Positions 1 through 12,764 of a stretch of DNA of 64,000 bases are shown here, one piece after another. This DNA is from Eledone cirrhosa (lineage: Eukaryota). Every line of letters starts with the position of its first letter. The stretch's first letter is position 1. The stretch spans positions 35,588,001 to 35,652,000 of the forward strand of contig OZ024742.1 of assembly GCA_964016885.1 (NCBI GenBank), in the 5' to 3' direction. The position numbers were made by a program, and so were the translations under genes. Under the pieces are notes generated by a model, which worked only from the letters and a program-made list of their open reading frames with translations, did not search any database and was not told the DNA's origin.

Positions 1-99
1 CAAATATCATGAAAAAAGATGCATTCACAAATTTTCGATAAAAATCACAGGAAAATAGAGTCAAGATAAATTAATAAAAACAATGAAATTAAAACAAAG

Positions 100-552
100 A
101 ACAAGTTCCTTATATTAAAAAATTCATCATTTTATAGAATCAAAAGAAATCGCCCATTAAAGGGAAATTATCTTATTAATAACATAGTCTATAAATGTAA
201 AATTAGCACTAAGGATTCCACTTATTCAGATATAGGAGCTACGTCTAGCTAATTTAAAATAAGATTTAATACCCACAAACATAGTTTTAAAAATGCCGCA
301 TTAGCTAATACAATATCCTTGGCTGAAACAATTAATGATTATAGAAAGAAGAATATCGATTACAACCTGACCTGGAGCGTGCTCAAAAGGGCCACCCCTT
401 ATCAAAATAACAGATACGAGTGTAGGTTATGCTCCCAGGAACTTTTTGAAATCATGAAATCTAAGGATATCCTATTAAATAAAAGACAGGAATTAATTAT
501 ATCTTGCAATCATAGAATTAGAAGAACCTTCAAATATTATAAACCTAATTAA
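100..552 (+). pseudogene. Penelope-like element GIY-YIG endonuclease C-terminal fragment (decayed)
   Basis: Frame upstream of ORF 319..552 reads PLKGNYLINNIVYKCKI...DIGATSS*FKIRFNTHKHSF, then W-SVLKRATPY...CRLC...LLNKRQELIISCNH. This is the typical PLE GIY-YIG tail, with an in-frame stop. Confidence 0.8.
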
Positions 553-689
553 TATACACCTTAATCTTATATTTTACAAGTTATTATAATTGTTTTTTTT
601 TTATTTAGTTAACCTATAATTAGTATCTTACTACAGAGAACTTCATAATTTTATTTCCCTCTTACAGCTCTCTTTTCCTAAAATTAATA

Positions 690-1022
690 CCTAAAAGTAT
701 ACCTATAATTTAATTTAATTTCCTGTTATGTATCTAGATTCCTTGTAGTTTAAATAAGATTAGTATTTCTCACTACTACCCTTATCCCAAAATTTTACTT
801 TCCTTCGTTTTTAACAACACTCTTTAATAACATCTAATTCTTATTTATCACATTCATATGAATTAATATAACTTTATCCCTATAAGTATACCTATCAATT
901 AATTTAATTTCTTGTTATAGATCTAGATTCCTTGTGGTTTAAATAAGATTGGTATTTCTCACTAATACCCTTACTGTAAAATGTTATTTTCCTTCGTTTT
1001 TAACATTATTCTTTAATAACAT
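690..1022. repeat. Two diverged ~140-bp direct repeats in the PLE 3' region
   Basis: aagtatacctat...tctagattccttgt...ctttaataacatc occurs at ~696-833 and ~884-1024. Confidence 0.75.
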
Positions 1023-1252
1023 CAAATGTTCGTGTGCCTTTCACTATCTTCTTGGCTTGACCTCTTTTCATCCCCAAAGTATTCTTTTCATTCAAAACAT
1101 AAGTCTGCACCCCTCTACCCCTAAATTAAATTTCTACTACTACTATTCTATCAACTTGACCTCTAACTACTTTTCTATTGGTCAATTCAAAACCTGTTCC
1201 CAAACAGATCTTTTATATTAAATCTTTGTTTGTTTTTTTCAATAAACACATC

Positions 1253-1388
1253 TCATCATTTCTGAGGACGGCATGTATATGTGAAGGTATGTATATTTCC
1301 TCTGATAATTTGTAATATTTTTACATAGATCTATATGATATACATACCAACACACATATACATCCCAGAAACGATCGTAAAATGATGA
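1253..1388 (+). ncRNA. Type I hammerhead ribozyme with long stem II (PLE pseudo-LTR)
   Basis: Stem I tcatcattt/aaatgatga; CTGAGGA 1262-1268; stem II atgtatatgtg/cacatatacat plus ggtatgtatat/atatacatacc; GAAA 1368-1371; palindromic stem III cgatcg; GUA site at 1379. Confidence 0.85.
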
Positions 1389-1435
1389 TTTTTTAAATAT
1401 AAGGAACTTGTTCTTTGTTTTTATTTCATTGCTTT

Positions 1436-1491
<56 letters not shown>

Positions 1492-1495
<4 letters not shown>

Positions 1496-2246
1496 AAAAA
1501 GGGATGAAATCGAAAATGCAACTGAAGTCTTATTTTTTTTTTTTAAATATATATATTTATTTGGTTCCTTTACCGGTTTCGCAGTTCTTCTGTTTTTCAA
1601 AAGGTGAGTTGAGATGGAGGGTCTGTGGTTTTTCTCACATCTGGTTGGTCTCTGAATGTTACTTGTTTTATATGGAAAAAGTGGCTCGAAATTCCAGGTT
1701 TTTCGAGAAGTAATTTGATTGGTTTGTCAATAATTATAATAAATTTCGCGCCAGTTCGCGTTTCTGAACTCTGACACCCCGGTGAGCTGGCCATATTCAC
1801 TGAACCAGAACATTTCTCCCAATCCCTTTTCTCTTGACCACTATCTCTCCATTGTCATAACATTCACTATAAAGACTACAGAATAGTTTTCCAAATAAGG
1901 GCGCAAAAATGTAATAAAAACTTGTTCACGTGACAGCCAAATTTCATTTATAACCAACCAAAAAAAAGCCTTCGTGAGCCTCCTTTTTTCAAGTAAAAAG
2001 AAATTCAAACACTCATATATGAAAAAACAACCTGTGACACCCCCCCCCCCCTCTCTTATTTGAAGAACTATTGTAACGCGAACTGGCGCGAAATTTATTA
2101 TAATTATTGACAAACCAATCAAATTACTTCTCGAAAAACCTGGAATTTCGAGCCACTTTTTCCATATAAAACAAGTAACATTCAGAGACCAACCAGATGT
2201 GAGAAAAAGAAAAACCACAGACCCACCATCTCAACTCACCTTTTGA

Positions 2247-2250
<4 letters not shown>
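1492..2250 (-). mobile_element. PLE-like terminal fragment with ~170-bp inverted arms, inserted in (TA)n
   Basis: 1593-1762 is the reverse complement of 2075-2250; (TA)n on both flanks; hammerhead motif at 1567-1604. Confidence 0.6.
1567..1604 (-). ncRNA. Minimal type I hammerhead motif, U3-A8 core variant
   Basis: Minus strand reads cctt TTGAAAA acag aagaa ctgc GAAA ccgg TA aagg. Confidence 0.6.
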
Positions 2251-2313
<63 letters not shown>

Positions 2314-2421
2314 CATCATCATCATCATCATCATCCGGTTTAGCGTCCGTGTTCCACGCTTGCATGGGTTTGGACGGGGGTTTTCCCACTTGAGGCAAGA
2401 GTGGTTGTCTTGCTCGCATAG

Positions 2422-2652
2422 GACTGTCTGGCGGGTTTTCTACAGTTGGATGCCCTTCCTAACACCAACCATATTTACAGTGTGGGGCTGGGAGGTTTTT
2501 ACCGTGTTGCCTACACGGCCACATTACAGCGTGGACTGTCTGGCGGGTTTTCTACAGCTGGATGCCCTTCCTAACACCAACCACATTTACAGTGTGGGGC
2601 TGGGAGGTTTTTACCGTGTTGCCTACACGGCCACATTTACAGCGTGGACTGT
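2422..2652. repeat. ~112-bp tandem duplication in the RTE 3' UTR
   Basis: ggactgtctggcgggttttctacag...ggccacatt(t)acagcgt occurs twice. Confidence 0.9.
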
Positions 2653-2820
2653 GTGTTTTTTGTCGTGACACCTACACGATCTCATTTGTTTCGGCCTGGA
2701 TGTTGTGGGACCAACATAACTTTACATTGAAAGGGGCGGTGTGGGTGGGGTGGAGGTGGTGGGACGGGGGTGTGTTTTGATAGAGATGCCTACTGACTGT
2801 AGTAGGTTTTTACTTTGTAT

Positions 2821-5070
2821 TTAGGTAAGGCGGGTCTTCTCTATTACTGAGTACCGCCAAAGGTCTCGGTCCAGTGACATTGTCTTGGAGAGGTGTAAGC
2901 GTGTGAGGTCGGAATTTATCAGCTCGTCCCATGTTTTTCTGGGTCTGCCTACTCCGTGGCTACCGTCTATCTTTATTGCCCTGCACTTTGTTATACAGCT
3001 GTCGTCTTTCATGCGCATCACGTGACCGTACCAACGTAGCCTTCTCTCGAGTAAACAACATCTGATCCCTCTTATTTCTAATTTTTTCCTTAGTTCGTTT
3101 ATGCTTTGCCGTTCACGTATATTACTATTGCACATCCAGCGGAGCATGCAAGCTTCGTTCCTCTCTAGTCTGCGTATATCCTCTGCACACAATGCCCAGG
3201 TCTCACTGCCATGCAGCATTGCTGTTCGTATGCAGGTATCGTATAACCTGCCTTTCATTTTTAGGGAGAACCCTCTAGCGGCTAATAGTGGTATAAGCTC
3301 TCTGAACTTTTTCCATCCAGTTCTGACTCTAGCTACTGTACTTTCAGAGCACCCTCCCCCACTGCTGATTTTGTCACCCAGATAACGGAAGCTGTCCACT
3401 ATTTCTATAGAACCCTCTGCGCAGTTGAAGGAGCTAGTATTTTGTGGGCACTTGCTGCTACTTATTGCACCAGAGCACCGGCCACATGTAAAATCTATGT
3501 TCTTAGTTAGCTTACCTGTGATCCCACTACATCTTTTATGCACCCATACTTTGCATTTGGGACATAAAATGGAGTTTCTACCTACGCCTTTCCTACACAC
3601 TGAGCATGGCCATTTCCCCGATGGGACCGCCGCCTTATTTTCTTTCCTACAAACTAGAACTTTAGTCTTAGCCAGGTTAATTTTAAGGCCTTTTGATTCT
3701 AGGCCGTGCTTCCACGTTTGGAATTTCTTCTCTAGTTCGGTCATTGATTCAGCTATGAGCGTTAGATCATCTGCGTATAGGAGTTCCCATGGGCAGCCGG
3801 TCTTGAACTCCTCTGTTATAGCCTGAAGGGCAATAATAAATAGTAGGGGGCTAAGAACAGAGCCCTGATGGACACCAACTTTTACGCTAAACTCTTCACT
3901 ATATTCGTTGTTAATTCTAACCTTACTGACTGTTTCTTTATACATGGCTTGTATAGCTCTCACAAGCCATTCGTCAACACCTAGTTTTCTAAGAGACCAC
4001 CAGATAATGGAACGGGGGACTCTGTCGAAGGCTTTCTCCAAGTCGACGAAAGCTAAGTATAGGGGTTTACTTTTAGCTAGGTACTTCTCCTGTAGTTGTC
4101 GTACAATGAAAAGAGCGTCTGTGGTACTTTTGCCTGACACAAACCCGAACTGCATTTCATCTAGGTCAATTCTCTCTCTGATTAGTTGCGCTATTACTTT
4201 TTCCGTGACCTTCATGACCTGGTCGATTAATTTAATGCCTCTATAGTTACTCCTATCTAGGGCATCTCCTTTTCCCTTATAGCAGTTAACGATGATGCTG
4301 CTACGCCATTCCTTCGGAACAACCCCATTCTGTACGACTTGGTTAACTATCCGGGTGACCATGGTGTGTCCCACCGAACCAGATGCCTTCAGCATCTCAG
4401 CAACTATTTCCGAAGGCCCAGCCGCCTTACCCGTCTTCATATCTTTGATTGCCTTACTTATTATACTACCTTCAACTAACACTGCTGGTCCCTCTATTGG
4501 ATCGATCTGGGGGAGACTGTCTTTCTCCCATTTGTTCTCCTCATTTAGAAGCCTTTCGTAGTGACACTTCCAAGCTACCTTCTTATCAGCGTCGGTGATG
4601 GCAAGTATGCCATCATCGTTAAGTACACACTTCTCCCCGACAATATCACGGTTTTCCTTGACACATTGCCTGGCAATCCTGAACACCTCACGTTTTTGGT
4701 CCTCACGTTGTAGAACATGCTTGAACTTTCTTTCCTCTGCTTCCCTTCTTGCGAAGTACACTTGTCTCCTAGCTTCCCTCCTGGCCACTTGATAGTCTTC
4801 TCTACTTCCCCCATCCCGCCATACTTTCCAAGCCTGCTTTTTGGCCTTAATTGACTCCTCCACCTTACTGTTCCACCACCATGTTACTCTCCTCCTACCT
4901 ACAGGCCTGCTCCAGCCACAGACTTCGTCTGCCGCCGTCAGCAGGTTTGCTCTCAGGAATTCCCACTGTTCCTCTATATTATACGACTCTAATTGCTCTT
5001 CCTTACTGTCGAAAGCGTCAAGTAATATGCTTTGAAATTTATTTCTGGCATGGGGTCCTTTAGCTTCCAT
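2821..5070 (-). CDS. RTE reverse transcriptase with embedded PHD finger (C-terminal part of the ORF)
   Basis: GKAAGPSEI, NYRGIKL, FVDLEKAFDRV, GVHQGSVLSPLLF, LYADD, C4HC3 finger, RRLRWYGHV, GRPRKTW. Confidence 0.92.
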   Translation of the reverse strand: MEAKGPHARNKFQSILLDAFDSKEEQLESYNIEEQWEFLRANLLTAADEVCGWSRPVGRRRVTWWWNSKVEESIKAKKQAWKVWRDGGSREDYQVARREARRQVYFARREAEERKFKHVLQREDQKREVFRIARQCVKENRDIVGEKCVLNDDGILAITDADKKVAWKCHYERLLNEENKWEKDSLPQIDPIEGPAVLVEGSIISKAIKDMKTGKAAGPSEIVAEMLKASGSVGHTMVTRIVNQVVQNGVVPKEWRSSIIVNCYKGKGDALDRSNYRGIKLIDQVMKVTEKVIAQLIRERIDLDEMQFGFVSGKSTTDALFIVRQLQEKYLAKSKPLYLAFVDLEKAFDRVPRSIIWWSLRKLGVDEWLVRAIQAMYKETVSKVRINNEYSEEFSVKVGVHQGSVLSPLLFIIALQAITEEFKTGCPWELLYADDLTLIAESMTELEKKFQTWKHGLESKGLKINLAKTKVLVCRKENKAAVPSGKWPCSVCRKGVGRNSILCPKCKVWVHKRCSGITGKLTKNIDFTCGRCSGAISSSKCPQNTSSFNCAEGSIEIVDSFRYLGDKISSGGGCSESTVARVRTGWKKFRELIPLLAARGFSLKMKGRLYDTCIRTAMLHGSETWALCAEDIRRLERNEACMLRWMCNSNIRERQSINELRKKLEIRGIRCCLLERRLRWYGHVMRMKDDSCITKCRAIKIDGSHGVGRPRKTWDELINSDLTRLHLSKTMSLDRDLWRYSVIEKTRLT

Positions 5071-5840
5071 ATTTTTCTCCTGAGGATAGTCCTCTTCCGC
5101 TGTCTAGTACGTCTCGTCCTGACTATGAGGTCGCTAATTATCAGTCTATGTTGGGAGGTGAATTCTTCATGGGGGTGGGATTTAGTGTTAACAACAGACA
5201 CTCTGTCACGTCTTCTGGTAAGGATATAATCTACCTGGCTTGTGTGTTCCCCCGATCTATAGGTGATCAAGTGATTGTCTCGTTTTTTGAAGTTAGTGTT
5301 ACAGATAGTTAAGTTATTTGCGTCGCAGAATTTCAGGATTCTGGAGCCTTCCTCATTTCTAGTACCGAACCCATAGCCTCCATGGATTCCGTCATAGCCG
5401 TCACAATGTTGTCCAACGTGACCATTTAGGTCGCTTGCAATAACTATATAGTCACTGTCGGTTATTTGGGAGGTAGCGAGCATCAGTGTCTCGTAGAATC
5501 TGTCTTTTATAGCGCAGGGCAGTCCGGATTGGGGTGCGTACGCAGATATTACTGTCACCGTAGTTTTATTGAGGACAAGTCTTATTTTAATTATTCTGTC
5601 GTTCACTCTATTTACGTCTATTATCTTATCTGCCCACTTTTCTGCTACCATGATTCCTACCCCACCCAACCCATTGTCATTTCCCACCCAGAAAAGCTTA
5701 TAGCATCGTTCTTTACCCACGATGAATCTAGCCGACCCTCCCCTCCACCTGGTCTCTTGAATACAACAAACATCGACCTCCTTACGTTCAAGCATTTCTA
5801 CAACCTCGTTAGAGCGACCCTTTAAGGTGCCTACATTCAT
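4989..5840 (-). CDS. RTE apurinic-like endonuclease (N-terminal part, frameshifted from the RT)
   Basis: NVGTL, CIQETRW, SAYAPQ, DLNGHVG, QVDYIL, SQHRL. Confidence 0.92.
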   Translation of the reverse strand: MNVGTLKGRSNEVVEMLERKEVDVCCIQETRWRGGSARFIVGKERCYKLFWVGNDNGLGGVGIMVAEKWADKIIDVNRVNDRIIKIRLVLNKTTVTVISAYAPQSGLPCAIKDRFYETLMLATSQITDSDYIVIASDLNGHVGQHCDGYDGIHGGYGFGTRNEEGSRILKFCDANNLTICNTNFKKRDNHLITYRSGEHTSQVDYILTRRRDRVSVVNTKSHPHEEFTSQHRLIISDLIVRTRRTRQRKRTILRRKIWKLKDPMPEINFKAYYLTLSTVRKSN

Positions 5841-6162
5841 GGTACCAACTCTGAAGTTTTGGATTGCGTTTGGAGGGTGGGAGCGGTGGGGCGCGGGGGG
5901 GGGATGGGGTTATGTTAGCCATCCTGGGCCGAAACAAGGAGGAGTGCTTGCATTCTCGTCCACGAGGTGAATTTGGCTTTATCTTTGGCATTGTCGCTGA
6001 GCGTCCACATTTTTCTCTCTTCAACTCTCCAGAATTCCGTAGTCCATCCATCATATCGAAAAGCAACCAGTTAAGCGATAGTATGGGCCTCTGACTTATG
6101 ATTGGTCCACGTAATAATGGTGGTGCGTGGGGGCGGGAGGGAGGGATGATGGGTTGTTAGCG

Positions 6163-8101
<1,939 letters not shown>

Positions 8102-8555
8102 TTGTGGGTGTGTAATCTATGGTACATTTGATACTATAGTATTACACACCTAAAAAGACGTGATGCTTACACCAGTAACGCCATGTTTTTATGTAAAGCT
8201 TGACCGGAGGTTTAAAACAAAGACAACAATACTAATACTGAGTATCCTCTAGCTGGTCATTTGATCAGTTAGAAATAGTAGCCAAATATCTCTTTAATGC
8301 CATTTTACTTTCTGAAAAAAAGCGATTATCACAGAAGGGACGTTCGAAGTCTACAAGAATTGTTTTCTCAGACTACTAATATACCATTTGCAATGAAATC
8401 GTAGATAAACACGATAGTGCAAAGTGATATCGATTTGATTGAATATTTCGGGTTATATATTACTCTTACTTAAGTTATTTGGAACAGTTATTCAGTTAGG
8501 ATTGAAAGACACGTAACTGATTTCACTTAAGAATATTAAAAAACAGATATAAGGA

Positions 8556-9132
8556 AATAATTGTCTACTTTTGGCACAAGGCCAGCAATTATCTGGTACT
8601 TTATTTTATCGACCCCGTAAGGATGAAAGGCAAAGTTAACCTCGGCGGGATTTGAACTCAGATCATAAAGGGCCGTAACTCTATGTTGCAAAACATGACG
8701 TCCGACCCTCTACCGATACTGCCACCGATATAGGGAAATAATTGTTTCTACTTTAGGCACAAGGCCAGCAATTACCCAGTGCATTACTGGTACTTTATTT
8801 TATCGACCCCGTAAGGATGAAAGGCAAAGTGAACCTCGGCTGGATTTGAACTCAGATCGTAAAGGGACGTAACTATGCTGGAAGGCATGGCGTCCGACCC
8901 TCTACCGATACTGCCAATCCAATGGTTTCTTATATAGGCACAAGGCCAGTAATTTGGGTGGAGGGGAAAGTCGATTAAATCGACTCCAGTGCGTGACTGG
9001 TACTTTATTTTATCGAGCCCATAAGGATGAATGGCAAAGTTAGCCTCGGCGGGATTTGAACTCAGATCATAAAGGGCCGTAACTCTATGTTGCAAAAGAT
9101 GGCGTCCGAACCTCTACCGATACTGCCACCGA
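8556..9132 (-). mobile_element. Three tandem tRNA-derived SINEs (Meta-domain-like core)
   Basis: A box tggcagtatcggt, B box gagttcaaatcc, core gcctttcatccttacggggtcgataaaataaagtaccag, tail ggccttgtgcc...gaaac(aat). Confidence 0.85.
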
Positions 9133-9289
9133 TATAGGGAAATAATATTGCCTAATCTTCTTTAGATTAAAAGTAACTATAAATACCGCAAGAAACTATT
9201 TTAACTTCTATATGTATATATTACTCATTCCTCACATATAAAAAAATATTTAATAGAATCGTTGTTAAATTCAGCCATGATTGTTCGAG

Positions 9290-9790
9290 CAATATTGGAT
9301 CACAAATCTTCTTCGCCCACTTATTCCTGAGAGGGTCGTGGAGGAAGAATCCTCAAACACTCCTTCCAGCGGGTCCTGTCAGAAGCAACCGTCTCAAATT
9401 GATCTGGCTGGTTCCCCAAGCCTGACCAGCCAAGCTTATGGATGTTATCCAACCATCCTGCTCGGGATCTAATCCTGGGTCTCCTGTCGGTTGGTTTTGC
9501 CCGAAAAATCTGTCCAGCGATCCTTTCCTGAGACATTCTAACCACAAGCCCATAGTATCGGAGCTGTGATCTTCCAATTCGGAGAAGTAGCCGCTCTACC
9601 TGGAGTCACTCTCTGATTTCCGAGCTACACACTTTATCGAGTAACTTTACTCTAAAGACACTTCGGAGGAATCCCATTTCGACCGTTTGAATTCACGATC
9701 GTATTCTTTCAGTCATTAGCGAAGTTTCATGTCCATAGGTAAGGGTTTGCACGAATACCGAATTGAAGATAGCAAGTTTGGCTTTTACGC
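9290..9790 (-). pseudogene. Decayed 3' end of an Expander-type RTE ORF
   Basis: RRPRIRSRAGWLDNIHKLGW...RWKECLRILPPRP resembles the RTE C-terminus. Confidence 0.7.
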
Positions 9791-9990
9791 TTTCCTCCCT
9801 TTTTCTGATTACTAAAATACTAAAACTATTAACTATTAGAACACTCTCTCTGGATATAACTCCAGAAATATACGCAAAGTTCTGTTTTTCAATTGGGAAT
9901 TATGGCCTCACCATCAAACAATAGTCTCTATTTTCCATTAGTTAAGAAATATTCATTAATCAATATTAATATTTATACATTGCAACACTT

Positions 9991-10207
9991 TGGATTGGCA
10001 GTTTCGGTAGAGCGCTGGACACATTGCTTCGCGGCATAGAGTTACGACCCTTTACGTTCTGAGTTCAAATCCCACCGATGTTAGCTTTGCCTTTCATCCT
10101 TACGAGGTTGATAAAATAAAGCACCAGTAATGCACTCGGGTCGATTCGATCGACTTTCCCCTCTCCCAAAACTGCTGGCCTTGTGCCTATAGTAGAAATC
10201 ATTACTA
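9991..10207 (+). mobile_element. tRNA-derived SINE (diverged)
   Basis: Same A and B boxes, core and tail as the other copies. Confidence 0.8.
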
Positions 10208-10464
10208 TTATATATATATATATACGTATATATATGTGTGTGTGTGTGTGTGTGAATGTGTGTGTGTGTGTAACAATGTATGTATGTATATAGTATGCAC
10301 GTGTTTATAAAAATACATAGAGCAGTCGGGGACGGCGTTGGAGTAAATCTGAATTGTGGATAGAACTGGGATATACATACATACATCTCACATACATATA
10401 TACATACATTCTCACATACATATATACATACATTCTCACATACATATATACATACATTCTTACA

Positions 10465-10785
10465 AACAGAAAGAACACAACTAGTTAGGAAATTACAAGT
10501 ACAATCCATTAATGGAACAGTAAAAATATGTAAAACATTCCAAAAATGTTGCATCTAATAACTGCATATACACATGTACAGATACAAAGCATATACACAT
10601 GCACACATACAACTCAAAACATACACATCCACACATACAATAACATCCATATCTACACATGCAGACATGCATACATATCTACCTAGTTGATGTGTAAATT
10701 CCAATGAGAGAGTCTTGTGTCTATGTTAGAAACCGACTCTCTCTCTATAGGTAAACATTTGTGAAATGATAAAACCAGAAGAACA
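10465..10785 (+). mobile_element. Dong/R4 family B 3'-end fragment in (CATA)n
   Basis: Encodes RKLQVQSINGTVKICKTF; 3' UTR matches 14933-15097; CATA repeats on both flanks. Confidence 0.85.
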
Positions 10786-10816
10786 CATACATACATACAT
10801 ACATACATACATACAT

Positions 10817-11425
10817 GGTGGCTGCCAACTCGTTTTCGAGTACGGCCACTACTTTATATCCATGTAGGAGAACCTCTACCAATGCGCTGAACGAGTGTGA
10901 CTTTTTAGTCCAACCAGCGACTTGAAAACTCTGGTACAAACACTACACTTGTGACAATTATTGACACATTGTGCTGGGCCCATGGTACCATGTGACGACA
11001 AGTGCAGAGAGGTCTCCAGATATAAAGCAAAGCCTGTGCCGTGAAGCTTTTATAGTGAGCAAAGGCACTGCACAAAGCCAGTCTCACTCTCTTAACCAAG
11101 ATGATATTTACCAAAAAGAAGAACCAAGTCAACATCATTGGATACCATCAGGGTTGAAGGTGTTATATCAGAGTTTTCCTTCTCCTAGAATTCTGCCTTG
11201 ACAAAGGCTAAGGGGTGATCTCTCCCGGTGATTTTGGATGGCCATTGACTCTTAAGAGCTCCTTTGCCCTTTGACAGGTTTTGTTTTTAGTCCTGCAGAA
11301 TGTCCAAAGTCACCCTCCTCACCAAGAAACCTTGGTGGGGTTGCCAGTTTAGTCGCCAACGACCCGACCATGAGACAGGTTGTACTGGGATACATGTTAC
11401 CAGTAGCACCAACTGGTGACCTGAC
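10817..11425 (-). mobile_element. ~610-bp bipartite non-autonomous RTE-derived element (full copy)
   Basis: Near-identical to 39587-40196; RTE-type 5' UTR motif ggagaaggaaaactctg; RTE-type 3' end gccgtactcgaaaacgagttggcagcc; no long ORF. Confidence 0.75.
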
Positions 11426-11638
11426 ATACACATACATACATACATACATACATACATACATACATACATACATACATACATACATACATACATACATACA
11501 TACATACATACATACATGCATTCTCACATACAACATACATATCTATATACATACATTCTTACATACTCAGAAACACACACACATGCCACAGGCAGCCCGG
11601 GAAGACAGCGGAGTTGAGGTCTATGTGTGTATTGAACA

Positions 11639-11671
<33 letters not shown>

Positions 11672-11823
11672 CACACATGCACACATATATACGTATATAT
11701 ATATGTGCATTGTGCACACACTTACTCCCCTTCATCCACTTATACCTTATATATATATATATATATGTGTGTTTGTGTATATACATATATATATACATAC
11801 ATATATATATATGTATGTATATA

Positions 11824-11907
<84 letters not shown>

Positions 11908-12336
11908 CACACACACATAACATACATATATATACACAAACACACACACACGCACATATATATATATACACACACACAACTGTGTATGTGATGTAAAAGG
12001 AATGCCTAATGTAAAAGGTTTTGCTTTCTTGTAAGATAAGCTGTGAAGAATGAGAGAGAAACCAAATGTGAATTTCGTTGATAATAAATATTCTCTACGT
12101 TGACAAACATATGTACTTACATGTTGTATATAATAGAGTTTGGTATAAACTTCATACCAGTAATTGTCTCACTGACTCCACCTTGTTGTGTGGTGGTAGG
12201 GCGGTGACGTCATTGTTGGGACTATAGAGGCTGTGGTGGAAGTGGCGGTGGTGATGGAACTTGGTTTTAATGATGGTTAGAAAGAGCTAAAGGGTGCATT
12301 TTGGTATATGCCTGTGCAGATATACGCACGTATATG

Positions 12337-12385
<49 letters not shown>

Positions 12386-12494
12386 ATGTGTATGTGTGTG
12401 CTCTAGGGTTCTTATATATTTGATATATATTTATCCTTATCGAGCCCTCTTTGGATTTTAGTCTTCATATTTATTATTATTACTATTATTATTA

Positions 12495-12589
<95 letters not shown>

Positions 12590-12764
12590 TGTTTCTATAT
12601 TAGCCACATGGGCATACATATATATATATAGAGAGAGATAGATAGATATATAGATAGATGGATAGATACATCGATTATATACACATATGTATACATACAC
12701 ATACACACACTCACACATACACGCGCACAAACACACACACATACATACACACACATATTACATG

